A stretch of 64,000 nucleotides of DNA from Macrostomum lignano (lineage: Eukaryota), in NCBI GenBank assembly GCA_002269645.1, contig NIVC01000897.1, forward strand, positions 1 to 64,000, read 5' to 3'. Both the position numbers and the translations under genes were made by a program. The notes beneath the pieces are model-generated. The model saw only the letters and a program-made list of their open reading frames with translations, searched no databases and was not told the origin of the DNA. Numbering within the stretch: the first letter of the stretch is position 1; each line of letters starts with the position of its first letter. Positions 44,586-55,333 of this stretch are shown in pieces.

Positions 44586-46533
44586 GGCTGGCTTTCAACT
44601 TGTTTGTCCTGTCTGTTATGTAGAATCTAGTTTTTACCCCGACTGCGAGCGGTAAGTGTGCTGCCGAATTCAGAGTCTACTTATATGATGTGTCCGAATG
44701 CCTTCCGCTAGACCGCAAGTAACCCAAAGAGTGGACAGCATGCCACACAAAAATTTCTCTAAAATGCGTACAAAACCAATGATCTCTAATTCAATCAGTG
44801 ACAGCTCAATATTATTGCGCAAAAAAATCGTGAGCATCTTGCTGTGGCAAATGTTTCTCATTTCCACATATACTGAGCTCAAAATGCTGACTGGCAGCTT
44901 TTCTACATTGTAAATCTTGAGCTGTACGTCTTGTAGAATTTCGGGTCTCTGTTTTGGGGCGTTGTTTTTTTTCGATGCGCAGCGATAAGCCAGTAAATTC
45001 ATAACAATTATTAAGCGTGCCTGTTATTGTATAGCGCCGAGAAGCATATGCAATAGCTAAAAGCAGAAATTCCTTCTGAGCTGCACTGGAGTTAAGGACT
45101 TGATGCCCGAAGCTTTGGATTTAGAATGCCTTTTGTTGTACGCTCCGTGTTGGTTTGCACCAACTAATAGCTATATTCAGCTCAAGTTACTGGCCGTAGC
45201 TATAGAAACTCGATGGAAAATGCTCGACTTTATTGCGATTGATGTCATCTACATGCACTAGTAATGCAGAAATATCACTATTCATTTTGCATATCACAGA
45301 AATATGTCTGATGCTCTGCAATATAGCCAGGTTACAGCCTGCTGCTCAAGCTGCCTACAGCTTGTACGAAAGTGTGACAATTGACTGCTGCAATTTGACT
45401 GCTGAAAATTTAGGCTGTGGTTAGGTTTAGGGCCTAGGGACTGCTGTGTTTTCGTCAATTGTGAGAAATAGCCAACATGGAGACTGGGATTGTCAGTTCA
45501 GTAGCTTGCGAGATATAGACACTTTTTTGACAATTTGTTAAGAATGATCGCGGAAGTGAAACTATATATCTGGTTCCATTCACTGGGTTAGATATTGAGC
45601 AACATGAGCAGCTTCTTGCACAACTCGAGGAGTTGCTGTGCAATCACAATTTTGACTCGCACATACGAGTATTTTCTTCACAACGGGATGGTGAAGTCAT
45701 ATGGCACCCCTTTTCCGAACCTTGACGTTGGATTGAAACTTTAAAAGAGGCATTCTACTAAAAGTAGCGAGCTGACGACGCCAACTCTTCACTGCTTATC
45801 TACACAGAAAAAGCAGCAGGAATCCTCAAAAAGAAATACTGGTGTAAATTTCACGCCTGAACAAGAAGACTATGCAGGCCCGTGGAATCCGTTGGACTCG
45901 AAGAGATGCTGACGCTGTTCTCATTTCGATTTTAAGACCTACAGACGGTGAATTCTTTGCTGCTGTTGCTGTTACTCTAGCATATCTCAAGCAGCTCCCA
46001 AGTTTTAAAAGGTACTCTTTCATAAATTACAAAACAACGGCCCACGGAAACTTTGATGATGAATGGTGTCTTTTAAATCCAGTTCCATCCGGCATATACG
46101 GCTCGTATTTGGTTTGGCCGTATCGTCCATCGGGAGAAATCATTTTATATTTGCTTAATGAAAACTTTGCAACAATGAGACAGTGGCTCGTAATGAAGAG
46201 CATGTACAGATCCGTGTGAATGCGAGACATCAGCAGATGCCTTACCTAGGTTAATGCTTAGCTTTCGCTTACCATGATTGGCTAAAAAAGTTTTATACAG
46301 CAATAGATAGAAAGCCATACTTAAAGAAGAATAGAATTTTCAATCAGAAATTTTTTCAAAGATAAAAACACAAAAAAGTACATTGGATGGCTTTGTGAAC
46401 CTTGTGAACCTCTAATTACGAGCTTATGATTTTAGAATGATGCGGCCCTTTTTACATTGTGCCGATGCGATAAAGTTTGCTTGGTCAGGTCTAATCGTTC
46501 TTTTCGTTTCTTTTTGAGCAGCAAAATCTGTGC

Positions 46534-46944
46534 CTAGCTGATCAGCCTGTGCCTTCCAACCACCTGCTGGCAGTTGGGGCATCGGTGCTCCGCGTCCTTC
46601 AGATCGTCAATACAGAACGGGATGAGGCAGCAGCCGAGCCAGCAGCCAATTAGAATGAGGCCGCCACTGACAAGCCACGGAGCCAAGCCATTAACGTAGC
46701 TCACCGCCGTGGTGATGTGGGCGCGGCAGTGCGGGCACGTCGTCGTCACCGGTTCCTTATTGAATGACACCGCGGCCGCAGGCTGTTGGACGACAACTTG
46801 CACTGATGACTGCTGCGGCTGCTGCTGCATTGGGTAATGCTGCTGCGGAGGAGGATACGGCGCTCCAGTTTGAGGATAGTGCTGCTGCTGGTAGCCTCCC
46901 TGCGAAGCATTGTATGGCGGTGGCGGAGCCTGGCCCTTCTCCAT
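46534..46944 (-). CDS. LITAF: LITAF/SIMPLE-like membrane-associated zinc-binding protein (136 aa), coding region intronless
   Basis: N-terminal PPPY motif and Pro/Gln-rich region, then TCPHC...hydrophobic PWLVSGGLILIGCWLGCCLIPFC...HRCPNC. The family call is secure; one-to-one orthology is not. Confidence 0.93.
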   Translation of the reverse strand: MEKGQAPPPPYNASQGGYQQQHYPQTGAPYPPPQQHYPMQQQPQQSSVQVVVQQPAAAVSFNKEPVTTTCPHCRAHITTAVSYVNGLAPWLVSGGLILIGCWLGCCLIPFCIDDLKDAEHRCPNCQQVVGRHRLIS

Positions 46945-47884
46945 GGCTGGCTCTCAACTTGTTTTTCCTGTCTGTGTTATGTAGAATCTAATTTTTACCC
47001 GGACTGCGAGCGGTAAGTAAGTTCGCTGCCGATTTCAGAGCCCACTTATATTTTGTGTCCGAATGCTGCCTGCCTGTCGCTAGACAGCAGCAGCCCAAAG
47101 ATTGGACAGCGTGCTACTCAAAATTTTCTTGAAAATGCGCACAGCATTTCATCTCTCGTCCATTTTGCAACGACTGCATATTATTGAGCGAGAATGGTGA
47201 GCATCTTGTTGGCAAGAACTTTCCGAGTGTAGCTGCTTTAATTGCTTCACATCAATCCTTAAGTTTACTTTACTCGAGTCTGCTAACTTTACCAATTAAA
47301 TGTGCGCATGTCTGAGAGATGGCGTGCGAAAGGCTTTCCTGGCTCGGTTGTATGATCAGACCAGGGACGAAGTCCCTGGCCTGAGTTAAGAAGTCCCTGG
47401 CCTGAGCATACAACCGGGGCCAGCTTAAGAAGTCCCATGGCTCAGGCACGTTGTTTGAAGAGTTTTTCATTTCCACGTACTGAGAGCACAATGCTGGCGG
47501 ACCGCTTTTCTTTATACTAAATCTTGAGCCGTATTTAGGTAGAATTTCGGCTTTCTATTTTGGGGCGTTGTTTTTGCGATGCGATGAGTCAGTAAATACG
47601 TGGCTGTTTATTGTACAGCGCTAACTAATAGGTGCGAACAGCTGAAAAAACTCGATGGAAAAAGCTCAATTTTTTTGCGATTGATGTCAACTACATACTA
47701 ATGCAGCAATAGCACTGCTCAGATATCAAATCGCAACAATAGCTAGTATGCCTGATGCGCTACAGCCTGCGGCTCTGCTACACTGCTTTGATTTGGAAAT
47801 CCATACACATTGGTAGGTAGCATCTTTATACTAACGCAGATCACAGAGCAGGGTGAACCAGTTAGTTTGCTACTAACTCACTTT

Positions 47885-48550
47885 GAATGAATGGCCGATG
47901 AATTGAATGAGTCAATGAGCAGCCTTATTTACGCTGGTAGGGCGCCTGCATCTTCCTTACACGACTGTGGGCAGTGCGACTCAGCGCGGATGATGTGGTC
48001 TGCCTACTGGAGTTGCCGACAGCGCAACAGGTCGCTTGGACGGTCCAGACAGTGCACCGTTGGATACTCGCTCGTCGCCGGTCTTGATCGCGGCGTGCAG
48101 CAGGCCAGCGTGCTCCGCGTCAACGTCAACTCGCTGTTCGAGCGATTCAGTCAACGTCCAGGTCTCGGCAGTGTAAAGCAGGACGGTCTCGACCACAGTC
48201 TGGAACAACACCGTCCTCTGGCGGTCACGGAGGACCTCGGACTGCAAGACTGTTCTCACAGAACTAAAGGCAGGCGGACGTCGGGAGCCAGACCGTCAAG
48301 TTAGACGATATACTGGCATCCGTATGTTCCGTCGTCTGTCCATATACGCCTCGTCAAGAAATTGCAACCTCGATGTTGTGCTCGATGTGGTGGGGCACGC
48401 AGAGCACGACGGGCTTCTACGTGTTGACCACCAGCCCACACTCACCGCAACCGCAACCACCCCGTCCAGCTCTCGCTGGATGCTCTCGACGGTTAAGGAC
48501 TCTAGGGCGAGATCGTCGGAGTAGCCAAGCACACTGAGCCGTCTGTCTGG
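47885..48550 (-). mobile_element. Degenerate non-LTR retrotransposon (RTE-like) RT, 3' part
   Basis: Minus strand: LSVLGYSDDLAL (YxDD), then LFQTVVETVLLYTAETWTLT, with an (ATTC)-like tail near 47885-47920; frameshifted. Confidence 0.8.
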
Positions 48551-48739
48551 TTGGCGTCAACCCATGCTTCGCCGCAGCAGAAAGCCATCGTAGTAGAAAA
48601 AGCATCCCGCAGCACCCAGTTAAGCTCCAAAAAACAGGAACGTCACTAGGATATTTCCCTGGAGCACCCAGAGAATATCTCAAAGAAATCCGATAGGCCG
48701 TCAGGTGTTAACACAGCAGCTTTACTGTTAGCACACCAG

Positions 48740-49340
48740 TTAACACACCAGCCTGCTGAACAAGCACTGCAACCTTGGGAGGCAACGAGGCTGCCTCAGC
48801 TCCTCAGTAATGGCGCACCTACAAGATGGTCTCCATCCCGAAGAAAGGCGCCTCCACCATCCTGGACAACCAGCGGGGCATCGCGCTAGAAGGCACAACA
48901 CCGAAGCTGCTGAACGCAATTCTGCGCAACCACCTCCTGCCCGGCCTCAAATCGCTGCTGCTGAGCCTCCAAAGCGGCTTCCGCCCGGGCAGATCCACTA
49001 CCGACCAGGTTGCCACCATCCGCTCTGTCATCGAGGCCTGCAAGACCCGCCAGCGCTCCGCGTCAATCATCTTCGTCGACTTTTGCAAGGCGTTTGACTC
49101 GGTGTCCAGGCCTGCGATCGCGTGGCTTCTATCTCATTATGGCGTACCTGCTGCGCTAGTGAGCGCGGTGATGGATCTCTAACGCGACTCCAGGGGTTTT
49201 GTCATGTCAAACAACGGCCCCACAAAAGATTTCGGCACCAGCTCAGACGGTTGTGGACTACGTGCTTCGTCGGTCCCACCGCGAGGATGACAGCTACTTG
49301 CTGGTCTCGCGCCGAAGCTCCACACACCGTGCTGTTTCGC
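48740..49340 (+). mobile_element. Degenerate non-LTR retrotransposon RT, 5' part, in opposite orientation to its 3' part
   Basis: IPKKG...NQRGIAL...KLLNAIL...QSGFRPGRSTTDQV...IFVDFCKAFDSV...VVDYVLRRS, the early RT subdomains of LINEs. Confidence 0.85.
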
Positions 49341-50135
49341 TTCCCGCTCTCGCGGGTTAAGGGAAAGGGTTAGATTCGGTATGGAGTCGCACTCCATCCT
49401 GAGGGCCTATGAGTTTCACAACAGCTGATCGATGCCAAAACGTCGTTCTACCAACGACACGAGAGCTGCTGTTGTGTCAGCGGAAGCCTGTCTGACCTCT
49501 TCGACACCTCGTCTGGTGTTTGCAACACGCTGACTTTGTTTGTGCTGCTCAGTGTCAGTGTGCTGACCCTGAGAGTGCACTCCATCCCCAAGCAGTCACC
49601 CAGACATCCCACGTACTGTCGCTGTCTGTCTGGCGTTACCCGTCTCTCTTCGTGGGCGAGCCTCCATTGGCTGACTTACCCGCAGTAGGGTCTGTGTGTC
49701 GGGGGCAAGGGGTGAGACTTACGAGCTACATCGCTCTGGCCTAGTATAAGGCTCTTTGTGTCTCCTTTCCCTGCGAAATACGCTCGCTCCGCTTTCCATA
49801 TATGCGTAGCAAGCTTTGTTAGTCGCTACAGATCCTTGTAAAATAAGACATCAGCAAGTCATAATAATGCTTCATTTTCAATTGTCATGAATGGCTAAAG
49901 AGGTTGTTATAAAGCATTAGATAAAAAGCCATGTTTTATATTTAAAAGAAGTTTCAGATTAAACTTTTATTGTAGGTAAAAGTACAAAAAAGTACATTGG
50001 GTAGTTAGTTTAGTGTATCTCTGAATATGATTTTTAGAATGATGGGGCTCTGTGAACATTGTGCCGATGCGATAAAGTTTGCTTGGTCAGGTCTAATCGT
50101 TCTTTTCGTTTCTTTTTGAGCAGCAAAATCTGTGC

Positions 50136-50546
50136 CTAGCTGATCAGCCTGTGCCTTCCAACCACCTGCTGGCAGTTGGGGCAGCGGTGCTCCGCGTCCT
50201 TTAGATCGTCAATGAAGAATGGGATGAGGCAGCAGCCGAGCCAGCAGCCAATTAGAATGAGGCCGCCACTGACAAGCCACGGAGCCAAGCCATTAACGTA
50301 GCTCACCGCCGTGGTGATGTGGGCGCGGCAGTGCGGGCACGTCGTCGTCACCGGTTCCTTATTGAATGACACCGCGGCCGCAGGCTGTTGGACGACAACT
50401 TGCACTGATGACTGCTGCGGCTGCTGCTGCATTGGGTAATGCTGCTGCGGAGGAGGATACGGCGCTCCAGTTTGAGGATAGTGCTGCGGCTGGTAGCCTC
50501 CCTGCGAAGCATTGTATGGCGGTGGCGGAGCCTGGCCCTGCTGCAT
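50136..50546 (-). CDS. LITAF: LITAF/SIMPLE-like protein (136 aa), near-identical paralogue of 46534-46944
   Basis: MQQGQAPPPPY...TCPHC...HRCPNC. The first ATG is at 50546 (the ORF track starts at an upstream TTG). Only about 4 aa differ from the 46.5-kb copy. Confidence 0.93.
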   Translation of the reverse strand: MQQGQAPPPPYNASQGGYQPQHYPQTGAPYPPPQQHYPMQQQPQQSSVQVVVQQPAAAVSFNKEPVTTTCPHCRAHITTAVSYVNGLAPWLVSGGLILIGCWLGCCLIPFFIDDLKDAEHRCPNCQQVVGRHRLIS

Positions 50547-51076
50547 GGCTATAGCTTTCAAGTTATTTGTCCTGTCAGTGCTATGTAGAATCTAGTGTTT
50601 GCTCAGACTGCGAGCGGTAAGTAAGTTTGCTGTCGATTTCAGAGCCCACTTATATTTTGCATCCGAATGCTGCCTGCCTGTTGCTAGACACAAAAATTTC
50701 TCGAAAATGCGCACAGAATTTCATCTCTTCTCCATTGTGCGACGGCTGCATATTATTGAGCGAGAATCGTGAGCATCTTGTTGGCAAGAACTTTCCGAAT
50801 GTAGCTGCTTTAATTGCTTCACATCAATCCTTAAGTTTACTTTACTCGAGTCTGCTAACAGTACCAATTAAATGTGCGCTGGGCTGTGAGAATAGTCGTG
50901 CGAGACGAGAGGCTTTCCTGGCTCGGTTGGATGCTCAGGCACATTGCTTGAAGATTTTTTCATTTCTACGCACTGAACTCAAAAATGAGGGTAGGGCGGG
51001 CAGATCTCGAGCTGTGGAACTTTGGCTTGTTGCCTTGTTGCCTGTTTATTGTACAGCGCCAACTAATAGGTGCGGA

Positions 51077-51120
51077 CACAGATGCTAGAATAGCAGATAC
51101 TAGTTATTCTAGTATCTGTG
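51077..51120. mobile_element. 44-bp hairpin micro-element with CACAG termini
   Basis: Arms CACAGATGCTAGAATA / TATTCTAGTATCTGTG; flanks GGTGCGGA / TGTGCGAA; the paralogous empty site near 47630 reads TAGGTGCGAACAGCTG. Confidence 0.75.
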
Positions 51121-51497
51121 TGTGCGAACAGCTGAAGAAACTCAATGGAAAATGCTCAACTTTTCTGTGATTGATGTAATCTACATGTACTAGTAATGCA
51201 GAAATATCACTGTTCATTTTGCATATCACAGAAATATGTCTGATGCTCTGCAATATAGCCAGGTGTACAACCTGCTGCTTAAGCTGCCTACAGCTTGTAA
51301 TATCCAGACACATTGTAAGTAGCATCCGGATACTAAACGCAGATCACAGGGCAGGGTTGAACTGAATAGAGATTCGACAAGTTAGAACTTTGCTTGTATC
51401 TGTGTTAGTTATCGACAATGGAATTCAGTATTTTTAACAGAATATGTAATTTAGCGCCAAATACATGTATAATATTAATCATTAACAAATAGTTTAC

Positions 51498-51533
51498 CAA
51501 GGACTTCTAGACTAGTTAGTCTAGAAGTCCTTG
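51498..51533. mobile_element. 36-bp perfect hairpin micro-element with CAAGG termini
   Basis: CAAGGACTTCTAGACTA-GT-TAGTCTAGAAGTCCTTG, flanked by a perfect 8-bp TSD TAGTTTAC (51490-51497 and 51534-51541). Confidence 0.85.
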
Positions 51534-51989
51534 TAGTTTACTTTGAGTGGAGCCAGCCAGAGTCTAGCTTTGGGTGTGATTGTTTAGTTACAATCGCTGG
51601 AGATTCTGCTCGTATGGCAACAAGAAACTTTCGACATTCTTTCGTCTTACGATACCCCACAGCCCAATTGATTACTTGCGTCAAATGGAGAATGGTAAGA
51701 ATGGAAACAGACGAGCAAACTGCAAAAATCTTAATCGTAGCTTACTAGAGCCATTTTAACAAATTTTCCATTTAGGGTATCGTATAACGAAAGTGAATAT
51801 AAGGATCGTGCTCTAGCTAGTAAGCTAGTAAGCTAGTAAGCGCGATTTAAAACTGGAAAGATCTTTGGGTTGTATTGGAATACCTGGTACATGTATTGCA
51901 GTTATGTACAAGCGCGCGTAATTCAACTGTACTCGTACTTTAATCGTACTTAAAAATTCCGACGAAGTTACGCACAGCAAAATCTGGAT

Positions 51990-52343
51990 CTAGCAGATCA
52001 CCTTGTGCCTGCCAATCATCTGCTGGCAGCTGGGGCAGCGGTGCTCCGTGTCCTTCAGAGTGTTGATGCAGAATGGGATGAGGCAGCAGCCGAGCATACA
52101 GCCAATCAACGCCATACCGCCGCAGACAATCCAAGGAGCGAAGCCATTGATCTGATTTACCGTCGTGGTGATGTTGGAGCCGCAGTGGGGACACGTGGTC
52201 GTCACCGGTTCCTTGTCGAATGATATTGGCTGCATGACCATATTGTACGGTACTGGCGGCTGCTGCTGTTGCAGCACTTGTTGGTATTGCTGCTGCTGTA
52301 TGCATTCCTGCTCGCATTCATTCCTTCCCGCCACTTTAGTCTG
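51990..52343 (-). CDS. LITAF-domain protein; 5' end uncertain (upstream exon, trans-splicing, or a short form starting at ATG 52241)
   Basis: SFDKEPVTTTCPHCGSNITT...PWIVCGGMALIGCMLGCCLIPFCINTLKDTEHRCPSC. There is no in-frame ATG upstream of 52241. An acceptor-like TTTTGATATTGCCACAG lies at about 52340-52357 (-). Confidence 0.8.
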   Translation of the reverse strand, partial: QTKVAGRNECEQECIQQQQYQQVLQQQQPPVPYNMVMQPISFDKEPVTTTCPHCGSNITTTVNQINGFAPWIVCGGMALIGCMLGCCLIPFCINTLKDTEHRCPSCQQMIGRHKVIC

Positions 52344-54219
52344 TGGCAATATCAAAACGGGACTTCTTGAATTCTTTTTTATATATTTAGTTATATAGAT
52401 TCAAGAAATTAGTTATTGGTTATTTCGATAGGATAATAATTTCATCACTAAGGGGGCTTTTGACGGTGCTGATTTCGAATTTATCAGCTTTGTTTTATTG
52501 GTAGCTTCAACCCAACTATATGTAGCTTAAAGCCAACCACTGGGGTACGGGGATGGGGGGTTCTAGGATAGGGAGATTCTTCATGGAGATTGATTTTTTA
52601 TGTACCTAAACTTCAATAGGTCTATAGTCTTGGGGGTCTATTGAAGATTAGGCATCTAAACTTTTAGACCTTGAGGGGGGTAGCTAGCTCACCAAAGAAC
52701 CATGGCCAAGAACTGGGACATGAGGAATGGGGGGTTAGGGTTTCATTTACCATGTTAGCATTCAGAAACATTTGGCATCGTTACTAGCTTCCTAATTTCA
52801 TATCTTGAAAACACTTTTTCTTAATCTTTTTGTTTCTAAAAAATGTTTATTTAAATGCATTATTTTTACAAACTGTATCCAATTCTCATTGACAGCATTT
52901 GGGGATTAACAAATTGACCACGAGGCATGATCAATTTGCACAGAATCGCCTCTGGAGAGATTAGTGCCCATCCTGGACCTCAACGACATTGAACTTTTTG
53001 ACGGAAGTGAGGAATCTGGGTGATTCCGTATCGCGACTGAGATGTACAAGAAACGGCTTGAACAGTTGTCAAAGAGGGCATCAATGCCTTCATTGTGCAG
53101 TGGTGAACCTGCGCGTGTCAAAGCGACGTTCTTCTAATTAAAATGTCCATGGACTTCTAACCCTCTGCTATCACAACGAGTATATCAATGATATATTTTC
53201 TAGTGGCATATTTTCTGATTTTTCTTGTCCCCAAATTTGTCTACGGTGCAACATATTTGATGCAATGCATTCTCCAAAATGTCGGTTGTGAAGTTGCTTG
53301 TAGAGTGCAATCAATAAATAATAAAGGCTACCGTCACAACTAAATGTTTTGGATCAACCAGAAAATCTGGTTTTTAGGAATTCAATAAGGAGATTTTAAG
53401 TAAAAATTGTGAGTATATTTGCGGACTCAAAAAATAATACAATTCGGGTTTCATAAAACTTATTCAAACTTTTTGTTTAAACACTATATTATAAGTTAAA
53501 GTCGTGTCTTGTAAAAGATTGATAAAAAACGTAATGGTTGAGCCTCCGATGTTCTTTGCGAACAATTTAAAATACTCGATGCTCTTCCAAACTTAATTAA
53601 ATGTGTACCAGTAAAACACTGTTTGAACGGGTACAGTTACAGCTCCTCCAATCGACCACTGTTTCAGTAGCCAGGCTCTGAAAGAATAGAATTCAGAAGG
53701 GCAGAGCAATGCGGGGATGGTTGAGTGAAATGTACATACGGGGAAGGGGTAGAGCAATGGGGGTTGGTTGTGTGAAATGTACATACGGGGAAGGGGTAGA
53801 GCAAGAGGGGATGGTCGTGTGAACTTTACGAGTAATAATAGCAACAATAGCTCGTCAGCATAGTCATAAAAATCAAACTTACACTATGCATCGATATTGA
53901 AAAAGCAATCCAGCTCTACATGCCAATAAAGGAAGCTTTTCGCGGCGGCGCCACGGCGATTTGATCGGTAAGCGAAATCCGACGACTGTCGCTGGTATCC
54001 AGCCGCGGCGGGGGGTCGAAACTTTGAATCGACGGCTTTCCTGGCCGGTTGCTCACCTGATATTCGAAAATGAGTTGTCTTATAACTATTGACTGATTGT
54101 GTTTCTTAATGGCATTAACAGGGACGTCGCCAGGAGGAGGGACAGGGGCAGGGGCATAGGAGGGACAGGGGAAGACAGTGGGGACAGGTGGGATAGGGGG
54201 GACAATGGGGAAAGGAGGG

Positions 54220-54560
54220 ACTAAAATGAGTGCCCGAGGCGCCAAAATGAGTGCCTGAGGCGCCACAATGAGTGCCTGATTTGGCGCTAAAATGAGTGCC
54301 TGAGGCGCTACAATGAGTGCCTGATTTGGCGCTAAAATGAGTGCCTGAGGCGCCACAATGAGTGCCTGATTTGGCGCTAAAATGAGTGCCTGAGGCGCCA
54401 AAATGAGTGCCTGATTGGAGCGCTAAAATGAGTGCCTGATTGGAGCGCTAAAATGAGTGCCTGAGGCGCCACAATGAGTGCCTGATTGGAGCGCTAAAAT
54501 GAGTGCCTGAGGCGCCACAATGAGTGCCTAATTGGGGCGCTAAAATGAGTGCCTGCGGTG
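54220..54560. repeat. Minisatellite with alternating 21/24-bp units (AAAATGAGTGCCTGA core)
   Basis: aatgagtgcctgaggcgcc / aatgagtgcctgatttggcgct dimers. Confidence 0.9.
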
Positions 54561-55049
54561 CCAAAGTGAGTACTAACAACAGCAATTCCTTTGCTATAAT
54601 ATTAATAACAGAATGCTTTGCTCTGGAGTTTAGGTTTTGTCCCTCTCACCATAAAAGCCATGGCAACGCCCATTTGAATCATACTCTTTATAAGAAAAAA
54701 TTCTTGACGTAAACGATAGATCCTACTTATACGAGTATAAAGTAGAAAACGGCTGCAATAGTGTCAGTGCGCCTATTAAAGATAAGTTTTTTATGTACAT
54801 AATTATACTTTAGGACATTAAGTGGAGGACACTTTACTACTTTATTTTAAATAAGTTTAAGTAGTAATTTCAATTTTAGGAAGTCCTTGGAGAGACGGCA
54901 TTTTGTCCTTCAGCTGGAAGGTGATTAACCTCCAGGACTAACTCAATTAGTAGGACGGAAAGCAACGTTTCTTGGAAAATTCGAGGCGCGCAGGTTTCAC
55001 CGAAAATGTATTCTGTTGCACATTTTGTCATATCAATAGAGCTATAAGA

Positions 55050-55214
55050 ATGGCATATCATATCAAAAGATAAACATTGGGTCTGCCTCCTATCAGAAGC
55101 AACAACAATTGTTGTGCTGAAAAACCAGACACGTCTTTTATCTTTGTAATGCATTTTTGGTAAAAAACTTGCCTCCTAACATTTTCCAAGTCCTTCTACT
55201 TGCGTAGTCCTTGT
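55050..55214. mobile_element. Relic right arm related to the CAAGG-terminated MITE at 25068-25766
   Basis: ATATCAAAAGATAAACATTGGGTCTGCCTCCTATC...TGTGCTGAAAAA...GTCCTTCTACTTGCGTAGTCCTTG matches 25600-25766. Confidence 0.65.
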
Positions 55215-55333
55215 CATAAACTATTCCCGAAAAATGTTATTTTGAGCTTTGCTATCACCTGGTTTAGGCTGACTTTTGACAGTGCTCATAGGTCATGACA
55301 TTTTTAACAACTGGGAGAATCATGGGCCTTCTC

